DNA from: Macrostomum lignano | Taxonomy: Eukaryota | Length of the DNA stretch: 15,189 nucleotides | Assembly (NCBI GenBank): GCA_002269645.1 | Contig: NIVC01003021.1 | Coordinates: 46,509-61,697, forward strand | Reading direction: 5' to 3' | Shown: one piece after another, positions 9,274 through 15,189 of the stretch | Numbering within the stretch: the stretch's first letter is position 1 | How the letters are laid out: the number at the start of each line of letters is the position of its first letter | The notes under the pieces: generated by a model | The model's input: only the letters and a program-made list of their open reading frames with translations | What the model was told of the DNA's origin: nothing | Databases searched by the model: none | Program-made: the position numbers and the translations under genes

Positions 9274-9445
9274 GCTACTTCCAGCGCACTGACGGCAGCG
9301 TCTACGTCAAGGACGACTTCAGCCGCTGGCGAGCGCGTCTGGCGGCCCGAGCAGCCAAACGAAGGCGACGACTGCGTGACTTTTGACAGCGATGGCAACT
9401 GGCGGGTGGAGTCTTGCATCCTGAATCTGCCGTCGGTCTGCGAAG
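9274..9445 (+). CDS. C-type lectin exon 2 (C-terminal half of the CTLD), interrupted by a 13-nt frameshifting insertion; pseudogene, allele or assembly artefact
   Basis: Acceptor ccctttacag ends at 9273 (phase 1) and gives GYFQRTDGSVYVKDDFSRW. WRPEQPNEGDDCVTFDSDGNWRVESCILNLPSVCE continues in the next frame from 9340. Donor gaag|GTGAGA at 9446. Confidence 0.8.
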
Positions 9446-9491
9446 GTGAGACTAAACAATCCTCAGTTGCTATCCCCATTTCCTCCTATAG

Positions 9492-9554
9492 CCTCCCTCC
9501 CGATTGTTCAGCGAGTCCCAGCGATTGCAAAGGCCGCACAACGCCGTTGTTCAG
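9492..9554 (+). CDS. Tentative lectin exon 3 (63 nt)
   Basis: Pyrimidine-rich acceptor ttcctcctatag and donor ttcag|GTGATT. The frame is ambiguous: as written it reads ASLPIVQRVP..., while one extra C gives ALPPDCSASPSDCKGRTTPLFR. Confidence 0.45.
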
Positions 9555-9678
9555 GTGATTTACGCGCTATATTTTGTGTATGCATTAATGGAAATCGTTT
9601 TCCATCTTAAATTGCATAGCAACCATGCAGCTCCACCCTCACACCCGCAAATCAGAAGCTTTAATCCAAGGTTTTCAG

Positions 9679-9745
9679 GAACTCTATCAATGCCCAACGA
9701 GGCGTGGGTCCCGACGAAGGTGAGCATGAGCTGACGATGAGTTGA
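9679..9745 (+). CDS. Tentative last lectin exon
   Basis: Acceptor gttttcag ends at 9678; short GC-rich segment; (R)NSINAQRGVGPDEGEHELTMS* if phase 2. An internal donor-like gaag|GTGAGC at 9720 makes the end uncertain. Confidence 0.3.
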
Positions 9746-9916
9746 GTCCAGTTTGGAGTTGATACTCCGACGCGCGATAATGAGCGGTGTTTGTGTTCGT
9801 GACGCCGCGGTAACAAAGTTTACAATTGTTAACGATTACAGTTAGCTACAAGATGACTGTTTTATTGCTTCTGAATCTGTTTTGCATTTTACACGGATAG
9901 ATTTGTTTATGATTCG

Positions 9917-9954
9917 AATAAAGTGCGGAGTTTCTGTTTCGAAGCTTGAATAAA
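9917..9954 (+). promoter_or_regulatory. Candidate polyadenylation signals for the lectin gene
   Basis: AATAAA at 9917-9922 and 9949-9954, about 170-210 nt after the last tentative exon. Confidence 0.35.
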
Positions 9955-12097
9955 GATACTATATGTAAAAGTTTCCAGTAGTGTTGTACATACATACTCA
10001 TACATATTAGTACAAGAAGTTAGTATTAGTACAGTAAAATTGCGAGCCTTGTACCGATACATGTATGTTGCTTTAAAAAAGCTCCCTGTATAAGAAATAA
10101 ATAAATTACAAACGCTTCCATATAAACGTCTTATATTATGTCTGTCTCAGGCAAATATTATACTTAAAATCGTGTTTTCTGCTTTAGTAGCAGGACTTAT
10201 AATTAATCACCGGTATGTAGTAAGTAACGTTATTAATAAATATAGATCAGACATCAGAGATGCGCATACATTAATCAATCGTAATTAAACCGATAAAGTC
10301 GACAATCCCCATTCGCTGCAGCCGTAGCAGCCACTGCCACAGAAAGTCTGCACTCGATCATTATAGCCAATAAAGCCAATCGAGTGGATAATTCATTAAA
10401 AATCGATAATTTAACCACAGAGAAGAGTCTGCTTAACTTGCTTGGCCTGCAGTCTATGTGAGAGTGCAGCTCCTCTCCTTTCTGCCTTCAATTGGTCTAT
10501 GGCCCGACTCTCTGTTCATTAGCGAATCAGAGAGTTTCTACATAGACTATCCTTAGCATACACAGCTCTATATTTGTACATTTGTCAACCACCGCAAATT
10601 TCTTGCATTGCTTAAGTTAATGTCAATCACATTATTATAGACCTAATTGCTAGTAGTTAATGCAGAATTCCATCAAAGTTTGACATTGACTGCATACTGC
10701 AAACTTCTTTAATAATGCAATATTAGGCTCGGTCACATAACAGCAACTGTACTGACAGAGATGAAGAAGACAGGGGCTGGGGCTTGTGGTGTGTGGCTTT
10801 GACCGGAATTGCATTGGCCCCTCCCATCCTCCCAGAAACTGGCGCTTGCCAGTTTGCACCAGATTCACTAATCTTCTCCCTGCTGCCTTTACAACCCCGG
10901 CAAGCACCAAAGTACACTATCCACTTTAGTACTGCTGCGCATGGCAGCCATGCCATGACCAATTGGAGAAATTCTGGTATATCATTGTATACACTGAGGA
11001 AGGGTACGTTTTACTTTTCAGTACTCTTTTCTTAGAACAAAAAATTGAATGCACAGATAAATTTCATATAAAAAACCGATTATTATAATATGCGTCTTGC
11101 ATGATACGACAAACAGAATTTCGATCGGGAGTAAATCCCAAGTTGCCAAGAAAGTCTCAAACAATCATTTATACTCCGTTGAAAACGACAGCCCGCCCCG
11201 CTGACAATGATTTATTGCTATGCGCTTTCGTCTATGGCATTCTTAGAAGGAGTCGAGATGGGGAGAGTCATGGACTTCTAATCTTAGCATCTAAGTATAG
11301 AAGTGACTCATGGGTGTCAACTAAGAATGCCATGAGAACGTGGGAGAGTGAGAACGGGGTGTGGGGGCTTAATGCTTCAGTTGTCCTTGAGTCATTAATT
11401 GGAAATCCTGTTTCGACCATAAACAATTCAATCAATGCAGCTATAAATATGAAGCTTCATATTAATATTCCATTAACATCACCAGAGCCTCGGCAGATAA
11501 AGAGTTGAGACATTTTGCTCGATCGGTTCAGCCGCTTATCACTAGTAGTTTATTCACATCTACAATCAATCTACAGAGAAGATAGCTTCGACTTTTCAGA
11601 GAATAATCAATTGATTTGTGCAATTCCTTACATTATATTTTATATAGTTAACAAAACGCTATTCATACAAATACAATACGCAAATAGTAATACGTATGTT
11701 TAAGATATACTGTACAAGTTGCTTTGGCAAACTAGCTCAGTATGCAATTAATTAGGGAACAGAGGGAGAGAGAAGACTCCAGGCTCCCTCTCTTTTTCAT
11801 TCAATGTACACAAAAACTCTTCACTTATTTCTATGTACATTCATTTCAACCCCGTCCCCCACCCTCCGTTGGTATGTACACACGGGGGCGGGGAAAGCTC
11901 TTATTCCTATTGGACTGGCCCAGCCCACCCTTCCCTAGCGTCGAGTGAACATTTAGGCTTTACTTTATTCAAGAGAGAGAAGGCCTTACCTCCGCTTTTC
12001 AGAGCTTCACATTCAGACGACCCTATTGGCATTAGCTCTCTTTAAAGCAGAATATTGGATACCAGACGCGAATAAAAGAGAAATAAACTAATTAATA

Positions 12098-12378
12098 ATG
12101 GTTGTCAGCTACGCGTCAAAGATCTACACGAAAGATCGACTGTTCTTCCTGAAGCTGCTATTCCGATGGACTGGCAGCGTATGGGAGATGCTCTGGGTCG
12201 ACTACATTTTCTTTGTTACGGCCTACGTCATTTTGGCTGTGATTTATCACCAGGCCTTGGCTAATCACGAACATCGGATGATCACATTCGAGGCTGTAGT
12301 GCGCTGGCTGAGCAAAATTCGCACCTCTGTGCCGCTCTCATTTATGCTGGGCTTCTTCGTGTCGACCGTGTTTAGTCG
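12098..12378 (+). CDS. BEST: Bestrophin-family anion channel, exon 1
   Basis: MVVSYAS...FLKLLFRWTGSVWEML...VPLSFMLGFFVSTVFSR matches the bestrophin N-terminus (MTVTYS..LLxxWRGSIYK..IPISFVLGFYVxxVVxRWW); donor cg|GTAAGT at 12379 (phase 2). The symbol is family-level only. Confidence 0.93.
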
Positions 12379-12553
12379 GTAAGTAAGAAAACGCAGTTAC
12401 TGGTATAAGCCAAGCAGTTCTATTTTTAACTATTGCATCATCCAATATACTAAAAATGAAATGCTTGGTTGCTTGCTTGTAATTGATTTTCTCCCGAACG
12501 GCTCAACCGATTTTCTTCAAACTTTTTTTACTAAAACTCTTGCTCCTCTGAGC

Positions 12554-12634
12554 CTCCACTGCTTCCTCTGCGCTCCACTGTTTCCTTTTGGTGCTCCAGC
12601 CTCCACTGCTTCCTTTCGGTGCTCCAACTGCTTC
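12554..12634. repeat. Short imperfect repeat, CTCCACTGCTTCCT x4, in bestrophin intron 1
   Basis: Copies start at about 12554, 12573, 12601 and 12622. Confidence 0.7.
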
Positions 12635-12821
12635 ATCAATCATCTCAGCCTTCCTCATTGCTTTCTCAGCGCCCATTACCTCTTTGACACTCCAACTGGT
12701 TTATCAGTGCTCAAGCTGCTTCCATTGTGCTTTAAGTTTAATACACTTATCATTGCCTGTTTCGACCCAGCTGCATTTAATTCACAAAGCAACTTCACCC
12801 CGCTACAACATGACCGCGCAG

Positions 12822-13344
12822 CTGGTGGAGCACGTGCATGGCCATCCCCTGGCTCAGCAGCATGTCGTTCTACACTCAGGCCCTAGTCGAGAGCACCCAT
12901 CCGGTGAAAAGCGATATTGCAAGAAAAATTCGCATAACAATACTGCGCTATTCTAATCTATCCTGGATCCTGATGATGGCCACAATATCGCAGCAAATCA
13001 AGGACCGGTTTGGTTTTAACCAGCCGCTCAAGGCCAAGAAGAGCAGTCAAGACCGTTCCGCCGGCACGACAGCTGCTGCGACAGCCGGGACCGGCAACGA
13101 TTCCACTGACGGCAATAAGAATAGCAAGAAGCCCGAGTTTGAGCTCACCTGGCGCGAGAGGCTGGACCTCATCAATTCGGACGAGAAGGTGCGGAAACAT
13201 TTTGGTCGATTGGTGACCGCTGAAGAAGTTGAAACTTTTGCCAGGTCGGCCGAGCTGTCGCAGAGCACTGACTCACCTACAGTCCGGAGTACTGGCTGCC
13301 CCTCGCCTGGGCTAGCCCGGCTCATTAAGCGGCCAGGATGTTGG
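12822..13344 (+). CDS. BEST: Bestrophin exon 2 (contains a large insertion and three 1-nt frameshifts near the 3' end)
   Basis: Acceptor gcgcag ends at 12821 and completes R|WW. Then AIPW, IRITILRYSNL, ISQQIKDRF, LVTAEE; (V)PEYWLPLAWAS RLIKR ARMLG is recoverable only across frame changes. Donor ttgg|GTGAGC at 13345. Confidence 0.9.
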
Positions 13345-13436
13345 GTGAGCGACTGGGGATGGTTGAAACCTATTTCTGGGAATGCATGCTTTTATTCAAC
13401 AGTCATCTTGAGCTTTGCAGGGTTTCTGTTGTGACT

Positions 13437-13805
13437 TTTTTAGAGTTTAGGGTTCGTTGGATTTGGGGTTGTTGGATTTTGGGGTTGTTGGATTTTGGGT
13501 ATTGGATTTTGGGTATTGTTTGAGTTTAGGGGTTGTTGGATTTTGGGGGTTTGTTGAATTTGGGGGTTTGTTGGATTTTGGGGGTTTTGGAGTTTAGGGG
13601 GGTGTTGGAGTTTGGGGTTTGTTGGATTTTGGGGGTTTTGGAGTTTAGGGGTTGTTTGAGTTTAGGGGTTGTTTGAGTTTAGGGGTTGTTTGAGTTTAGG
13701 GGTTGTTTGAGTTTAGGGGTTGTTGGAGTTTGGGGTTGTTGATTTTAAGGGGTTTGTTGTATTTCGAGATTCGTTGGAGTTTAGGGGTTGCTGGAGTTCG
13801 GAGTT
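13437..13805. repeat. G/T-rich minisatellite (units about GAGTTTAGGGGTTGTTT, 17 bp, and GGATTTTGGGGGTTTGTT) in bestrophin intron 2
   Basis: Several consecutive perfect 17-mers around 13640-13720 with degenerate flanks; almost no C on the + strand. Confidence 0.92.
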
Positions 13806-14337
13806 TATTTGAGTTCTTATCCTTGTTGGGGCAATAAAACGCTCCCAATTATCATAATTAAATCATTTAAGCCATAAAAACGAAGCGCTCAATACTGATA
13901 GCTGATAAGGTTATTAGAATTTATTTACACAATTTATAATATTTAACCGGAGTGTCTGGAGGATACAGAGATAAAAGAGGGGTAGCATAAAGTAATATAT
14001 TTCTCTTAAGACTCAACATACTCATACTGAATTTTCTCTAAGCAAACACATTTTGCCTAAAGTACTTACAGGCATTTATATGGAGGCACAATTAATAAAA
14101 ATATATACATGCAAGACTACTCGTTCAAGTACTATTTATGGTACATGAATTTTCATTGCGAGTGCAACAAAATGTGCTTAGAACAATTTCATTCTAATCT
14201 CTAAGTCTACTGAAATTTATGTGTAAAGGGCACATTTTTGTTTCGAATTCGCTCATGAGGGCCAACCTTCAAGGCAACACGGTTGCTTGTCAGTTAAGAA
14301 TCTTAAATCCAACCAATACGCAAAAAAACTTTTGAAG

Positions 14338-14662
14338 GCCTAATCGCTGAGGAGCGTGAGCTGCTGTTCTTAGTGGAGATGATCAACAAGTTCAGAGGCG
14401 ACCTGGGCACCGTGTGGTCCTACACCGAGTTCAATGTGCCGCTGGTGTACACCCAGGTTGCGGTGGCCGCTGTGTACCTGTTCCTGTTCTCCACCCTGCT
14501 GTCAACCCAGTTGATCCGACCGGAGATGGTGCGTCAGGTAACGATGGCCCCAGCTGCCGTCCATCAACGAGACCCAGTCTTCAGTGATTGACACCGTGCT
14601 GGGCGTTGAGCTGCTGGCGTACTTTCCCATTCTCGGCTCGCTTGAGTTCATTTTCTACCTGG
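14338..14662 (+). CDS. BEST: Bestrophin exon 3 (one frameshift); the gene continues beyond the window
   Basis: Acceptor ttttgaag ends at 14337 (phase 1). It reads GLIAEERELLFLVEMINKFRGDLGTVWSYTEFNVPLVYTQVAVAAVYLFLF, containing the conserved PLVYTQV. After a +1 shift comes LLAYFPILGSLEFIFYLG (equivalent to VPVFTFLQFFFYVGW). Donor ctgg|GTGAGG at 14663. The WLKVAE..NPFGEDDDD exon is not in the window. Confidence 0.9.
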
Positions 14663-14844
14663 GTGAGGTTTTTTCAAAGCAATAGCTTGCGTCTTTTTGA
14701 AACAGTTTGAAAAAGTGGTACAATACGGGTCAACAAGTTCAATCAGGGATTAAGTGTTTAGGATCTATAGAAGGGTCAGCAAACTTGGTTACTTCAGGGG
14801 TCAGATAAATAATCTAGCTCATGGCTACGGGTCAGATGAGGGGA

Positions 14845-15116
14845 AAGAAGAGGAAATAGAGGAGAGAGAAGAGGAAAGAGACGAAGAGAGGAGTAGAGAG
14901 GCGAGAGGGGAAGAGGTGAGAAGAGAGAAGAGGGTTGAGAATAAAAAAGAGGGTGAGAAGATAGAAGAGGGTGAGAAGATAGAAGAGGGTGAGAAGATAG
15001 AAGAGATAAGAGAGACGAGGGTTAGAAGAGAGAAGAGAGTTGAGAAGAGGGGAGAGAAGAAAAGAGAGGGGTGAGAATAAAAAAGAGGGGAGAGAAGAAA
15101 AGAGAGCTGAGAAAAG
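14845..15116. repeat. Purine-rich (GA) low-complexity/minisatellite tract, including GAGAAGATAGAAGAGGGT (18 bp) x3, in bestrophin intron 3
   Basis: Nearly all A/G on the + strand. It accounts for the E/R/K-rich and F/S/L-rich ORFs in the ORF track. Confidence 0.9.
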
Positions 15117-15189
15117 ATAAACATTAAGCAGTCCGGATTACTTTTGTAAATGGCCTGCCAACGTAAGCTTATAAAGTAGAGTCGCTAAT

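Noticed and set aside
550-9760. Hammerhead ribozyme cores (CTGANGA...GAAA), e.g. CTGATGC at 654, CTGACGA at about 7087, 7423 and 9731
   Set aside because: None is followed by a stem II plus GAAA in the right arrangement
10650-11508. Several 80-135-aa ORFs in the lectin-bestrophin intergenic region
   Set aside because: No codon bias like the real exons, no recognisable motifs, no supporting splice structure
13600-13790. TTTAGGGG repeats suggesting an interstitial telomere
   Set aside because: The motif is part of a 17-bp unit, not a contiguous (TTAGGG)n or (TTTAGGG)n tract
1962-14662. Three co-oriented cell-surface/secreted genes (Ig receptor, lectin, bestrophin) as one functional system or operon
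   Set aside because: Intergenic gaps are about 3.1 and 2.3 kb, with separate candidate poly(A) signals for the lectin; co-orientation of three genes is unremarkable, and nothing in the sequence links their functions
14754-15124. E/R/K-rich ORF (+) and F/S/L-rich ORF (-)
   Set aside because: Translation of a purine-rich simple repeat inside bestrophin intron 3

Overview
Eukaryotic (animal) genomic DNA: GC-rich exons separated by AT-rich introns that contain minisatellites and transposon relics. It resembles a flatworm such as Macrostomum, but that is only an impression from composition and remembered repeat and bestrophin families. There are three spliced + strand genes. (1) The 3' part of a single-pass Ig-domain membrane protein (exons 1962-2184, 2590-3039, 4690-5256); its cytoplasmic tail has five exactly spaced 22-residue helical repeats, then an acidic region and a poly-Pro run. 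(2) A secreted C-type lectin-domain gene (exons 8357-8639, 9274-9445, tentatively 9492-9554 and 9679-9745), whose exon 2 is frameshifted by a 13-nt insertion. (3) The 5' part of a divergent bestrophin anion-channel gene (exons 12098-12378, 12822-13344, 14338-14662), with a ~56-aa cytoplasmic insertion and four 1-nt frameshifts, all in G/C homopolymer runs. Non-coding features: a ~280-bp MITE plus a solo terminal repeat of the same family 3 kb away, a tRNA-derived SINE-like element, a probable LINE reverse-transcriptase relic, a ~100-nt fold-back hairpin and several strand-asymmetric minisatellites. I found no CRISPR array, prokaryotic operon or convincing multi-gene system. The most novel-looking item is the Ig receptor's 11/22-mer repeat tail.
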